Both the position numbers and the translations under genes were made by a program. From assembly GCA_037447605.1 (NCBI GenBank), contig CM074807.1, positions 248,001-312,000 on the forward strand: a stretch of DNA of 64,000 nt, read 5' to 3'. The DNA comes from Zygnema circumcarinatum SAG 698-1b. Lineage: Eukaryota > Plantae > Zygnematophyceae. Below the pieces are notes generated by a model. The model ran no database searches and was not told the DNA's origin. It worked only from the letters and a program-made list of their open reading frames with translations. Below are positions 29,496 to 42,923 of the stretch, piece by piece. Position 1 is the first letter of the stretch. Each line of letters starts with the position of its first letter.

Positions 29496-31089
29496 TTTTT
29501 CCATGGGAAATTACAGAAGGCGAGCAAGGGTATGAAAATTCATAAAAAAAATAAAATTTCGAGGCCGCCTTGCCTTTGTGTCAAATCCCCGTCACGTCTA
29601 ACATCTGCCCGACGATTCAAAAAAGTAAACACGAAAAAAAAAAACGTCACTCAGGCTGAAATCTTTTTAGTAATTTCCACGTGCATGCAGTACCTGTACG
29701 GCTGAAAAAAGTTTGAAACATTCTACAATGTTGGTCCTTTCCCGAATAAACGGAGAATTTAGGGCTGGAAAAAAAATTCAACGGCATTTGAGGGCACTTC
29801 CGGAGAAGGCGCGGGGTGCCGTACAGAAGGTTGTCCTCGCGGCACGTGGCAGGCAGGAGGGCAGGAGCTCCATTGCAGCCTTAGGGGGGAGACCGCCATG
29901 GCTGAGCTTCATCGTGCAGAAAGTCGCAGCTCAGCAGGTAGGAAAAGAAGCGCAGTATCAATTATCTGCAGGCTGGATTTGGGGACGAGCTGGAAACTCG
30001 TTTTTTGAGTTTCTTAGGTTTTTTTGATAATTTCTTTTGCGGATACGCACGGTTTGCATGCACCTGCAGGTTTTCCTGGACCTTATTTGTGTGTCTTTTT
30101 TTGCTTTGTTGACAGATGTTGTGGTTTCTTTATCGAAATCAGTTAGTTTGGTTTAAGGAAAGGGGATTTGGTACATTTAGGAGACTTGATGTGAGCCCTG
30201 GTCGTTCTGGAAGTATTTGTTGCCATGGTGATGGTTAAACGAAGCGGTGAAACATTTTCATGCATGTGATGTGTTTTTCATCGCCGTGATAATGGCTTTT
30301 GAGGAATCCATCTGTTGGAAGGCAGAGAGTTGGTTTTCAAGGGGAATATCACGCCTTTAGCGGTCCTTGATACGACTGAGGACTACATATTTTTTGGCTT
30401 CTTCCGTTTGGTTGTTTCGGTTTCCGTTGGAGAGGTTGTGCAGCCCTGTTCCCTTTCGTACTGAGTGTTTTCTACTTTTGGTATGCCACGGTCGTGGTGG
30501 TGCTTGAATGCTCCAAAGCGCCCTGATTTTCGTGTACTGGAGTTGGGACATATGTGCTGGCAGCCTCATCGCTTAATATCAGACCCCTGATATGTTCATC
30601 AAACGAACACGGATTTTCGTGCCTGTTCTTTTTCAATCATTCATGTTGCTGGCTTTTTATAGGTTTTTTTCACTTGTGCAGCTGGTATGGTACATTCGAT
30701 CGGGACCTATTGGATTTTTTATGCCGCACAATAATCTGCATAGAACGAAGTTTTCGAGTGTGCAGAAAAAAATTGGCATGATTGTGATTCGTTGCACTAG
30801 ATTTTCTTGCAGTTGATGCATGAGTGTCTCTATTGAATTGTGTACTGTAAGATTGTTGCTACCGACCCAATATTGAGCTCCTCAACCCTCTGTGGCTTTC
30901 AGCAGGTGGTTGTTCTCGCTGCTGTCGTAGAATGTAATACATTCGGCATAGTCTTCCTTCACACAAGCGGGGGTTACTGCTGGAGGCCAGTTTTGGTGGA
31001 TATGAGTTTTTCAACCACCAGTTATCTATCACGGGTTTTATCGCCTTTTAGGCGCTTGACGTCAGCAGCAATAAGAGGCGAGCAAGGAC

Positions 31090-31728
31090 ATGGCGACTCC
31101 TCCAAGAGAAGGAAGTTTGCAGCTGGTGAATTTTGAGAAGGAAACTAACGCAGAAGCCAAAGGTAAAGCCAAAGAGGGTGGAGAGGACGTAGTCGGCTAT
31201 ATGTCTTTGTTGCACGGACAGGAGATAATCATGGCTGAGGAGTTTAATAGGAAGATGGCAGAGCAGAGGAGGAAAGCCACAGAAAGGCAGCGGAGATATC
31301 GAGCTAAGCGGAGAGAGTCACTGCTGGAGGCGTCAGGAGGATCGGGATCGATCCTCTTGACCCAGGCAGACCTAGAGAGAAGGAGAAAGGACACAGAAAG
31401 GCAGCGTCGACATCGAGCAAAAAAAAAGGCGGAATTGGAAGCGGCCAAGAAGATTTTGGAAGCGCAGGAGACCTTGAGTCACTTCCAAGCTCAGGGAATC
31501 AAAGTACAACTGTCTATTGACAATGGAGGGAAGCTCCGAAACCTCTCGGAAGTGGTAGCTGAAGGAGGTAACCAGTCGGAGCATGATGGTCTCCTGGAAG
31601 GTGGAAGCTCTTTGATGCAGGGTCACAGAAGACCAAGGGGACAACTAGTTTTGCCGCACCAAGCTCTTCTTGGTTTCAGAAGAGAAGATATCGAGTCTTC
31701 TCATCAGCATAATAGTTTTGAGCAGTAA
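31090..31728 (+). CDS. Unknown basic protein, paralog B
   Basis: 212-aa ORF colinear with 26811-27446; shared AEEFxRKMAEQRRKATERQRRYRAKRRE and HRRPRGQLVLPHQ blocks. Confidence 0.75.
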   Translation: MATPPREGSLQLVNFEKETNAEAKGKAKEGGEDVVGYMSLLHGQEIIMAEEFNRKMAEQRRKATERQRRYRAKRRESLLEASGGSGSILLTQADLERRRKDTERQRRHRAKKKAELEAAKKILEAQETLSHFQAQGIKVQLSIDNGGKLRNLSEVVAEGGNQSEHDGLLEGGSSLMQGHRRPRGQLVLPHQALLGFRREDIESSHQHNSFEQ

Positions 31729-33287
31729 ACGACCTCATTGGGCTTATGGAAGCTGGCGGTGCTGCCTGTTGTTCTAGAGATGGAAAGGCAAGTACAGAAC
31801 TACCACGATCAGCATATTTTTTCCCGGTTGGGTCTGAATGCAAGCGACAGTTTTCTCGACCTTTCCAGTCGACGTGTTGAACTGGTAATAGGTGCTGAAC
31901 TTAAACTTGAGCTGTGTTTAAGTTTGGTCTTTTCGGGTGGGGTCAAATTGCATGAGCACTTGCCCATTCCAAAAGAAAGGCTTTTTGAACCAACTAGTTG
32001 CTGTCAACTCAATTGACATTACGTCATATAGAGAGAGGTTATAGGGAAGACGACAATGGCAGCTCCTCAGCCTAGTAGCGTGTTGGTGGCTTTCTTGCAG
32101 AAAGGTCTTGTTTTTTATTTGATTCCTTTCGCTCTTGTTGTACTGATTTGAGCTGGAGTCCGTTGCAACTTCCGTGTGGTTTTGCAGGTGGATACTCGTG
32201 CAGGCAGTCACCGACCAGATGTCACTTTTTAAGACCCGATGAGACTCTGTACTTCAGACCAAGCCCTTCAAGCTGTCTCCTGCAGTTAAGGCACACCATA
32301 TCTGGCAGGATCAACCCTGACATCGCTCAAGTTGATCTTGGATCAACCTTTAGACCACCTTCAATAAGGCGAACTCAGGGCATTGATTTTCTTAGGTTCT
32401 GTAGGGATTGAATGTTAGCTTACCTGCCTTCCAGACAATTGTGTAGCCCGCCTTCAGGAAATCTCATCCTCAATGTACAGTTCCTTCTCTTTCTCGTTGT
32501 AAGCAGAACACCTCCACAGTGTCTCATGGGCTGCTATTGCAAGGGGCTGTTCTGGCTTTCCGACTACTTCTGGATATTACCTCTGTCCTACTGCCAGAAT
32601 CACCTTCACAGGTCTTAGTTCTTAGCTCCAGTTTGGTGACCTTCGTTAGTCCGTACCATATTTTGCCTTGACGTTCCATTGGCAACTCGAAGGCAACTCG
32701 GGCTGTGGGTCCCATTGAAGACTTACCACTCTTTCGTCTTTATCTCTGAGATGCCTTCACTTTGTGAGTTTTGCAATAAAGCGTACATACGAGATACAGG
32801 AAACCGGCACACGAAGGAGGGACATGCGCTTCACAGGAGAAAGTTGGCCTCTCACCCGCTATTCTGGCATCATCGCAACCCATCGCCTCATACCAGTGAC
32901 ATTAAAGCCATCACAGCACTACTTTCCAATTGGACAAATAGCAAGAGATGTTGTGAGCGGCCCATGTTCATGTTCATGTTCATGTTGGCCGTGCACATGT
33001 CTGTCACTAGAACAGACGGCTAGGTCAAACATTTCTTGTGCAAAAAAGAGACATATTACTTTATTGCAACCCAACGGTCCCACCAGCAGACAGGACCGAC
33101 TTGATAGACCTAATAGAGCTAGCTGTGACTCTTCCTCTTGCCAGTGAAAGTAACTGTGCTCCCTCCCTCGCCCTCTCTCTCTCTCTCGCTCACTCCCTCG
33201 CCCCCCCCTTCCCCCCCCCCCCCCCCTCATACTCTCTCCCACTCCGCCTCTTCCCTCTCCTTCTAACTCTGCATCTCCCTCCCCCTC

Positions 33288-36200
33288 TCAACTCTCCTCT
33301 TGCCAAACGTCTGCAAACTCATCGGGCTGCCTTGGATTGGTCTGCAAGTGCTGCTTACGCCTCTGCTTTGCCTTTATCTTGGTAGCGTACTTTCCGGACT
33401 TGGCGCGCTTCTCTTGAGATCGAACCTGAAACCACGAGGAAGTAGTGTACGGCGTTAAGAAGGGCACAACGGCAACGTCCTAATTTTACACAGTGGGCGA
33501 CCTCCGTACTTCGCTTGCAATAAAAAATAGCATTCATGCAGCAACATCCTAAAGAGACCTTACTCTCCCTCCTCTCTCTCGACGAGGTCCTCTCTTTCTG
33601 TATGTCTAAATTGAGCGAAGAGGCGCTGCATACCGTATTGGGGGACACATAGAAGGGGTTTTCGTATAATGTAACTCCGCCAAAGCTTCCGCTGAAAATC
33701 TTGATGGGGTTAAGGCAAAAGCGAGGCCCTACCTGCACAAGAGAAAGAAAGCATTCCTCAATCACCTTTACTGCCTCATCACATTCACATCAAAAGCGCC
33801 AAGGTCCGTTCAACTTGATCAAACAAAGCAAAAATACAGGAGACATAAGTTACAACAGCAGACCATTCACAGAAGTCAAATGCTGGCACACAGACAAAGT
33901 GGGGATGACGGGGGAGGGGGAAAGGGGAGGTGGGGAGGGGACAGGCGACCGAGGGGAGAGAGGAAGGGGCAGGAAGGGAGAGAGGGAGGGGCAGGGAGGG
34001 AGGGAAGTAGGGAGGGAAGTAGGGAGGCAGGGAAGGAGGGAGGGAGGGAGGCAGGGAGGGATAAGGATGGCGGGAGGGGAGGGTAGGGGAGGGAGGAGGG
34101 GGGGATGGAGGGAGTCGGGGCATGTAAAGTTTGTCCAATTACAAGTGAATATGTGAAAGACCTTTCATTGATTAAGCGTAGTTTCTTCGATCTCTCACCT
34201 CCACAAGAGTCATCTTATCCATCATGACTTTGTCTAACTTTGTCGCACTTGGATTCGGTACGACAATCTGCAGGCATCGTCCAACGACCAAAACTCGAAT
34301 TTCTCAAAAAATAGATAACTGAATCTCCCCATCAATTCTACAATAATTTGGCTGTTCAAGAGTTGATTCAGACCAATGCTGGACATGGCGGGGTTAAAAG
34401 ATCAGCAAAAGAGAGCTCTTGGAGGATATGAAAATACCTGATAATTCCGGAACCAAACATGATTATCCAAATAATTCAACGCTATGACATGGTCACTGAA
34501 GGGCTTGCTCTTTCGGTGATCCTTGGGAGTGACGAAGATCTGCTCAAGGAAGGAGGGAGGAGTCAGAGAGATAGAAGTGTGAGGACAGGGGAGGGAGGGT
34601 GTAGGGGAGAGGGAGAAAGCGGAATTAAGTGGTAGCAGAAAGACAGGGACAGGGCGAGTTGAAAGAACGAGATAAGGAAAGGGATGAGAGAGATAGAGTG
34701 AGAGAAAAAGTGGGAGAGAAAAAGAGAGAGAGAATGCGAGAGAGTCATCTGAGAACCACCTGAGTGAAGAGTTCTTTGAGAAGTTGCAAGTGGGGAATTC
34801 TGTCGAAGGATGGAGAAAAGGTGAGAATGGGTCTAGATCCCTTCAGGTGATTTCCACTCAGCTTTAGTTCCGCCATCGTGTGCACTGCATTGGAAGCAGA
34901 AAATCCTAAAATAAAAAAACGGCGGTATTCATATGCCTCTCTCCTCCTTCTCCCTTCCCTTCCGTCTCCCCTACTCCATCCTTTCTATAGCCCATTTGCA
35001 GACAAATTCTGCCCGTTTTCCTCACTCGTTCACTGAAAGCTTACTTCAACTCAAAGAAACTACTCTCCACAAAAGCCCAAGCCGGGCCTTACAAAAAATT
35101 CCAAAAGGCGTTCAGTGTTAAAACTGACAAACTGATGGTGTAGGTTTAATTAGGCCTTGTCTTCAATGCACCACAATATTCATTAGAAGCTTGTACCTGC
35201 GTTCACCAGGAATTTTGCAGATGGCCCATTTGGAGCCTTAGAGAACCACATGTAAAGATCCTTTTTCTTCCGTCCCTGTTTAAGTGCTCCCACCAAACAC
35301 AAGTTCGAAAAAGACAAAGAAAGGGTCATGACTGTCCATATAATGACAAGGGTGCATCGTCAGTCTGGTCGACCGACCATATCGACAGAATTATGACTGT
35401 TGTTTGTCAAACTGTATGGACTCTTACATGAAGAGCTTTCTAGTATTCTGAAAGCCTTTGAAATTTCTTTCTACAAGCTTGTGAGGTGGCTTGGTGTGTA
35501 ACGATAGCCACGACCTATTGTGAGGGGAATGAGACATTGCGAAACCAATTGTTCGAGATTGCTGTTAAACTAAAGAGAGACAAATTGCAAAGAAGATGGG
35601 AAATTTCACCTCAAAAAATATGCAGTTAGAACAACCCTTTAGGTCAGCCATTTCGTTCAACATCTCCGCTCGATTTTCCTTTCTATTTTCCATTTTTGCA
35701 TCCTTCTTGCAGTGCGGAAGGAGAAGGATGAGGTCCTCCATAAGGTGTCGATACCTATAACGACAAAACAGCGCAGTTAGATACATGAAGCACATCGAAA
35801 TGCGATCAAATGCAAAATATTGAATGCAATGAAAGGATGACATAGGAGCCCAGGACGGAAACACCTAAGAAAGAGAGGAAATAAGGTCAATGGAGGAAGG
35901 ATCGAGTGGGAACAGTGGTGAAGGATGGAGGAGAAGGAAGCAGAGGTGAGGGGAAGAGTCGGAGAGAATGAGTTATGGGAAAGGGAGAGAGGAGGAGAGA
36001 CAAGGAGGGAAGAGAAGGGGAGAAGGAATTGAATTTTGAAATCTTTCGAGCGATAAAGTGATTTGAAATCTGAGACTTCGTCAAAGTAGGCCAGAATAAA
36101 GTTGGAAACATATCCCGTGGTAAACATGCAGCATTGGCTGTCTCAATATGTAACAAAATACACTAGATATCATCTGAGCCAATCAGTAAGTACAAAAATC

Positions 36201-36985
36201 AAGTCAGAAAAGAGTTCCCCAAACTCTACTTCCTCACACTCATCGGTCCTTGTAACTAAAGAACTCGAAGACCACCAAAACCCTGATAAGCAGCATGCAC
36301 TCAAAACCACAGCGAGCCAAGGTACTGAGCCTACAAACCTTGAAACAAATTAGAACCAATGCATACACAACAAGTCAACACCCTAGGTTGTAACCTTGCT
36401 GCCAATTCTGGAAGCCCAAAAAAAACAAATAACTCAAAACCTTAATAGGGAAAGGAAAGGCAGCAAGGCCAATACGGACCCCTAGAAAAACTAATGCAGC
36501 TGCAAAGCAACTCTTAAATTGAAGAGGAGTCAGATAAGCTCACACACACACCTGTAAGTGATCCCTCGCGAGCAGACCATCAGCACCTTCTCTTTATTTC
36601 TGAACATCTCCCCTCCCACTCCAATTGCCTCTACTCTCCGCTCCTCTCCCGTCCCAGCCTTCTCTGCGACAGCTGCCTCCCTCCTTCTCTGAGCCCCTGC
36701 TACTTTCTTTGCCGAATTTTTCTCAGATTTTGGTTTTTTCACTGTTAATTGCACCTCAGAAGCATCAATCTCTGCTTTTTCTCCTGCAGATGCTGCATCT
36801 CCAGGAGCCTCTTCAGCAACTACCCGCTTCCGCTTCTTCAATACTGCAGAAACTTTCCCATTGTGTTCGTCCTTTTGCAAATTTTGAGACTTGTTCACCT
36901 TCCTCTTCTCCTTAATAAAATCTCCGTTTCCAGACGCCATGGATTTCCCGTTCCTGGACCCGCTTTTTGCTCCCTTGTCCGCCAT
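33288..36985 (-). CDS. BRX1: Ribosome biogenesis protein BRX1 (Brix domain)
   Basis: Exons encode FRNKEKVLMVCSRGITYR / YRHLMEDLILLLPHCKKDAK / KDLYMWFSKAPNGPSAKFLVNA / VHTMAELKLSGNHLKGSRPIL / SKPFSDHV..VWFRNYQ / TLVE / VGPRFCLNPIKIFSGSFGG.TLYENPFYVSPN / terminal exon with stop at 33288-33290. Confidence 0.94.
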
Positions 36986-37094
36986 GGCTTCCCTCCCACT
37001 TGAGGTTCAGCGCCTCCTATTGCGGCAGGAGCAGGAGGGGGCCATCAGTTCGCCCTAACTACAATCTAGCCCATGGAATCCGTTCGAATGGAAG

Positions 37095-37240
37095 ATGTAC
37101 GGTAATATACGGACCGCAGCCTTGTCCGTACTGTACTCTCAATTTTGGTACAGTACAGTACTGTACTGTACTGTACTGTACTGTAAAGTCCATGTTCGTA
37201 CAATATTCGTACATTCGTATTGTATGGGCATGTACGGACA
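37095..37240. repeat. GTAC-rich quasi-palindromic tract upstream of BRX1
   Basis: GGTACAGTACAGTACTGTACTGTACTGTACTGTAC core, flanked by TGTCCGTAC (~37122) and GTACGGACA (~37232) in inverted orientation. Confidence 0.7.
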
Positions 37241-37977
37241 AGCGTTTGGTAGTGCAGATTGTCTAACTGCTGATGCTCCATGTACCAGCTCAGTGTTGAG
37301 CGTTGAAATCGTGATTTACTGACATATGCATGCGTTGCGAATTTTTCTTACGGTGAACAAAATGAGTTCACACATGTGAATCTGACTTTAAGGAATTTGC
37401 GAAGTACTGTTTTAGCTTGGGTATGGACCCGCTTTGTAAATACCTTTTCTATTTCGGGCGTTGTCCTAATCGAGGGAGCTCGGGTAATAAACAAACCTGT
37501 CAATTTCAAAATCAGTAATACGCAAACATATCTTTCTCGTTGAAAAACTGTAGCCAGAATTTGCAGCGTACGAATACCGTACTTCTTGAGGTACTTAATC
37601 TGTAAAAACATTTTTTTTGAACGCTCTAAAAAAATTCTATTTTTGGCAGGGAGCCTTTCATGGAAGGAAGCAGAGGCAGGTCTGGCCATGGCTTCCTCCC
37701 TTCCTGCATCCATGGCTGCCACATTCTGAGCCTCTTGCTCCTGCAGGCGCCACAGGATCCTTCAAACGCCGCCATGGCTGGAAAGCGAGCCCTCCCGTAG
37801 TCTGCTGGCGCACAAGCTCAATGTTCTTCTGCTCCTCATCTTCTTTGTCCGCCATTAGGGTTTGCAGGACAGAGCAATCAATCCCTAATCTGAAACCTTG
37901 TGCCGTTCTTGGACGACTGATTAGGCCTTAGAATTGTAGAGTGGAGATATTAGGTATAGGAAGTAAGCAGAGAATCG

Positions 37978-40900
37978 ATGCCCGTTCCCTTATCGCAAAT
38001 GAATTCATCTTACCGCGACCGCACTCCGGAGCTCTTTTCCATAGCAGAGAGGTTGAGGAAGGCGCCTGCTTCAGCTTCAAATGGAGATGCCAGCCATGGC
38101 CATGGCCATGGTCGTCCGAGCGAGAAGTCTGCATCAGCAGCAGCAGCAGCTGCTGCAGCGTCGCAGCCGAGCGGGCTGCAGTCGGAGTTTAACAGGAAGG
38201 CGTCGCGCATAGGTCTTTCTATTCATCAGACATCGCAAAAATTGGAGAAGCTCGCCAAATGTAAGTTGGATCTGCAGGATTAGGGTTTCTGGGAGGTAGG
38301 GAGGCTGTGTGAAAGGATGTTCCTGACCTATAAGGGACGGGTTTTTTTTTTTTTGGCTCGATTACATCTACCAAGAAAGGGGATCCGTTTCTTTCAGCCG
38401 CTTCTCTTGGATAAGCTCGCAGGATTGTTTATTCATGCGGTTGATGTATGAGTCCGACGATGCTTTCTGGGGGTTGGAAAGGCCCACACCTTTCTGTGTC
38501 GACGAGCATTCAGAATGTAACCCCTGACATGCCCGGCGGTTCACATTAGCATACAATATCATATTGTTCAGATGTAAAACCGTGAAAATCTAAAAGACTG
38601 AAATGTGGAGTTTTTAAATGCTTCCTATATCGCTGTTTTGGAGCTGCTGCAGTGGCAAAGCGAACGTCTATGTTTGACGATCCGGCAGTTGAAATTCAAG
38701 AGCTCACTGCGGTGATCAAGCAGGATATTACAGCATTGAATGCTGCAATAGAAGAGCTGCAGAGGATCTGTGAAGCCCGAGATGGCGCAAACCGCAACAA
38801 GCATACAAGCGAACATTCGACAACAGTAGTCGACAGTTTAAAGAGCAGGCTGATGAGCACCACGAAAAACTTTAAAGATGTGCTGACAATGAGGACAGAG
38901 GTGAGTTGCAGCAGGATGCAGGAGCAGGCATGTCGCATGATCCTTTGTACAGGCATGATCTACGTTGGCAGTGAGCTATATGCTGGCAGTATGCTTATTC
39001 AGCAGGGAGCTGGTGTTTCGGTAACCAGCTTCGTTGGTCCTAAGGGATAGCTCTTCTCGTCAAGTTTCGTAAACAAACTGGGAAGTTATTTCAGTCAGAA
39101 CTAGGTGGCAGGCCGGTGAGAGGCAGAGCTCACGCATGAAAAGGTTTTGGGGGAAGATGGGTGGGAAAGTGGCGGAGAGGGATGCAAGTCGAAGAAGCAG
39201 AGAAGAGGAAGTGATAGAGGTTGAGACTCAAGGTAGATGGGATGGAGAGAGTGGGATAGACAATGGATAGGAGGAGCAGAAGCAGAGGCAGGAAGGGAGG
39301 GAGAGATGGAGAAAAGTTGAGGGGGGGATAAGGAGGAGATGAGGGGATGAGGGGATGGGGAGAACGGCACAGAGAGAGAGAGAGGGAGAGAAAGAGAGAG
39401 AGACTGCAAGGAAGAAAGTGTGTGTGGAAGAAGGGAGACGAGGGCCGGGGAATGGAGAAGGGAACGTAGAAGTGTTTCAAGTGGTTGATCATGTGGTAAT
39501 AACGTTTCTTTTGGAAAGCTTGGATCAAGCACTTGATATGAAGTGTCCAGGTTTGGTTAGACGAGTTTTAAATTCTTGGTGTTGAATATTAGTCACAAAT
39601 TCATGGTCCTCAGCCAACACCATGCATGTCCTTGAACTCCCCTGTAGATCACGTTATATGAAACAAGCTACTCTTTTGTATAGATTCATGAAACGATGCT
39701 GCGGCTTGTTTCAATTTTGCAGAACCTGAAGGTTCATGAAAATAGAAGACAACTTTTTTCTGCAAACGGACAAGCTGGAATTGCGAATCCTTCAAGACAA
39801 AGATCAGTCTCGAACAGCAGTGCTCCCCCTCCTTGGGCTTTGGCGAATGGGGCATCAACATCTTCATCTGCATCCCAGCTTTTTACTAATCCTTCAATGT
39901 AAAGCACCTATCATCATTCCAAATCTTAGTCGAACGTTTCTTTCCTTGAGCGCCTCCTGTATAAGCTTCTTTTTTTGGGTCTGACCACCAGTTTTTCATT
40001 TTCATATCAGCAGAATGTTTTGAAGACCGAAGAGAGGTGGTGGTGAGAGGTGGTTCACCTTACTGTTGTGATGGGTTCACAGTTCTTGTATTAATTTCGG
40101 GGTCGCGTTTTGCAGATCTCGAAGATTGCCAGACTCACAGAAGCAAACCCAAATGCAGCAGGAGGCCCCGGCTCAAGATAATTTTATGCGGAGCAGGGCG
40201 GAGGCCCTGCAGAATGTAGAATCGACAATTGTGGAGTTGGGCACCATTTTTCAGAACCTCGCCATTATGGTACAGCAGCAGGGAGAGGTTGCAGTAAGGT
40301 GCGCACAAACTCCCCGGGAAGAAGATTGTGGTCGTGCAAGATGTGGTGTCCGTGGTACAATGCTGTAATTTGAGAAAAGAAGTGGCAGGGGATTGGGAAA
40401 GGCAAAGGGAAAGCGAAGATTGGAATAAAAGGAGAGTTGGACGAACGAGGAAGAGAGAGGGAGAGAGAGAGATTAAAGAATGAGAGAGAACAGAAGCAAG
40501 AACGAGAGGTGGGAAAAAATGAAGAAAACGGAAGAAAGTCGAACGAAATGAAAATGACGAAACGAAATGAGAACGAAGAACGAAATAAACGGAGTCGAAG
40601 TGAGTAGAAATGAGAAGATATGAAATGAGAAAATAAGCAAGTTAGATGAAGAGAGACGAATGGAACAGAGAGGCAAAGGAGTCCAAGAAAGAAGAGAACA
40701 GAGGTCGGAGGTCATAGAGAAACAGAGGAAATGGAGATAGTAAAGAAGAAAGAGGGAGTTAACTTTCTAAGACTGCAAGTGTGCTTGCGATAGCGCTTAT
40801 TGTCTTCAAATGGATAGTCAAAAGTCGCGGGATAGTCAAAAGAGAGTCTTCTGTTCTGCCGTAGTGGTTATGGCGTCCTTCTAAACTTGTCATATTTCAG

Positions 40901-41297
40901 GCCCAGTTTGAGTTTAGGGAGGGTACCAGTTCTGCCAAGGATGGTTGCTGTAGAAACCTAGCCCGTTAGATAAAGGATCTACATATATATGCGACATTAA
41001 ATCTCGTGTGGCTCTGTAGGAATTTTTACGGCTTTGAGACAGGCTGCATTAGGGCTACATGGCGTTTTTTCCTTCACAACAGTTATGTCATCGTCGCGAT
41101 CTCCTGCTGACTTGGGCCACCCTATGCTGGCTTGCAGAATTGATCAGGACATTGACGACACTCTGACAAACGTGGAAGGAGCTCAAACAGCTCTGCTCAA
41201 ATATTTCAATCGTATCTCCTCTAACCGATGGCTTATAATCAAAATTTTCCTTGTCCTGGTTATTTTCCTCCTAATTTTCGTCGTTTTTGTCGCTTAA
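37978..41297 (+). CDS. SYP3: Golgi Qa-SNARE, syntaxin-5/SYP3 family (5 exons)
   Basis: SYRDRTPELFS, SEFNRKASRIGLSIHQTSQKLEKLAK, MFDDPAVEIQELT, HSTTVVDSLKSRL, NLKVHENRRQLFS, SNARE motif SRAEALQNVESTIVELGTIFQNLA..QQQGE..RID, and C-terminal TM SNRWLIIKIFLVLVIFLLIFVVFVA*. Confidence 0.94.
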
Positions 41298-42923
41298 TCG
41301 GGGTGGATTTTACCTGCTTTTTTTCGACCCCGCCTCCTCTTCTCCTTCATGGCCTACCCCTCTCTGTTTGCAAGCAACGTCCAATGGTGTACCTCAATTC
41401 AAAGGAAGGTGAAGTAGATCGGACTAACGACTCAGATTCAGGAGACGTGCACAGTTCAGTTTCCTTTCTTGAAAATAGCTCACCTGTAACTAACTACTCA
41501 TGGAACGGCGGTCAAACGGATAGCTTTTTCTGCCGATGCGAGCTTGCTGCATTGCCAGCTGGAGGCATTTGACTGAAGTCTATGGCGGAGAGTTCCACGG
41601 ATCGATGGCCCACATCCACCTGTGTATTCCACGGTTGACCTTCCGTGTCAAGTTCCCGAATGTAGGTGTGAAGCTGATTTTAATTTAGAACGACAGAGAG
41701 CTTTAGGCGGAACGTTTTGCCCAGGGATGTTGATTGAAAGTTGATCTAGTGGATTGTAGTGCCCTGCTTTATACCAGTCTTTCGGAAGAGCATCTGTCTG
41801 ACTCCGATATTGGAGTCGCCCTCCAACTCATGTATGCTGAATTATGTTAAATCAGAAAGATTAATTTCCCCTCTCCCACCCATATTTTGCTATACCGCTT
41901 TTTGGACTATTGTGCCCTCCAAGTCTGATTGAATGTGACCAGCACCCACATCACAAGTGAAGTTTCTCCTTAAGGACTCTCTGGGCGCTTATTGCCCTTT
42001 TTTTTTAGGGGACCGCACTTTCGTGGAAGTATTGGGAAGTTGCCAGTCGACCATTCGTCATTTCACTTACCGCTTTGAACTGAACAAGTCAACCTTACAT
42101 GTCCGCAGTCTATAATCATGGCACTCAAATTGAGGGTTTGTTTTAAGTGGGACTGAAGAGAAATGGCCAGTAAATGCCAGAATCAACATATTTGGGACTC
42201 TTCCTCTCCCTCTCCGTCTCTATCTTCCTCGCTCTTTCTGTGTGTTCTCTGTGTTGGTTTTTTATCAATACGACAAAACAATAGGCAAAATAACCTCTAA
42301 CTATTTAACTATTTGTTAACCATGTGACGCCCCGAGGTAATGAAATTGAAAAATATATTCAGGTTGTTATATGGAAAGTAACAATTTCAAGACGTCAGTA
42401 ATAACTAGGGGGAAAACCAGTGTCCACGTAAAGAACAAAGAACCGAATCCAAAGGCATTCAGTTTGTACCCTGAAACACCGCTTCTCAGAGTGGTTTGCT
42501 TTATCAAAACCTGCAGAAGAATGCCTAATAAGACAGAAAGATCGGGAGCCTTGCAAACTTACCAATATTTTGGACATACTCCACTGCTTATTCAGCAAGC
42601 CATCTTAATGCGATTGACGATGATAAAACATAACATCGTGGGGAAACTGGCTGAAAGCCTTGATTACTTTATCAATACAGTAAACCAGCTGTCTGTTCCT
42701 TCTCTGAGCATAACTTTCACTGACATATCTCGAACTGAAATTGACCATTGGACCTCTGTCTTCTTGGTTGAAGCCTATCGGGTAGATGGCATCGCTCTGG
42801 GCCTCCAACACTTACTATTAACACCTGTCGCTTGCGGTCCGCTATATCATCCAGAACTGATGCCAGCAATGCGCTGGAAGCTTCAATCTTCTTGCAGATA
42901 CAGTTTGGAGCTGAGCTCCACCC

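Noticed and set aside
31900-32900. Possible extra gene between paralog B and BRX1
   Set aside because: No consistent exon chain or recognisable motif in any frame.
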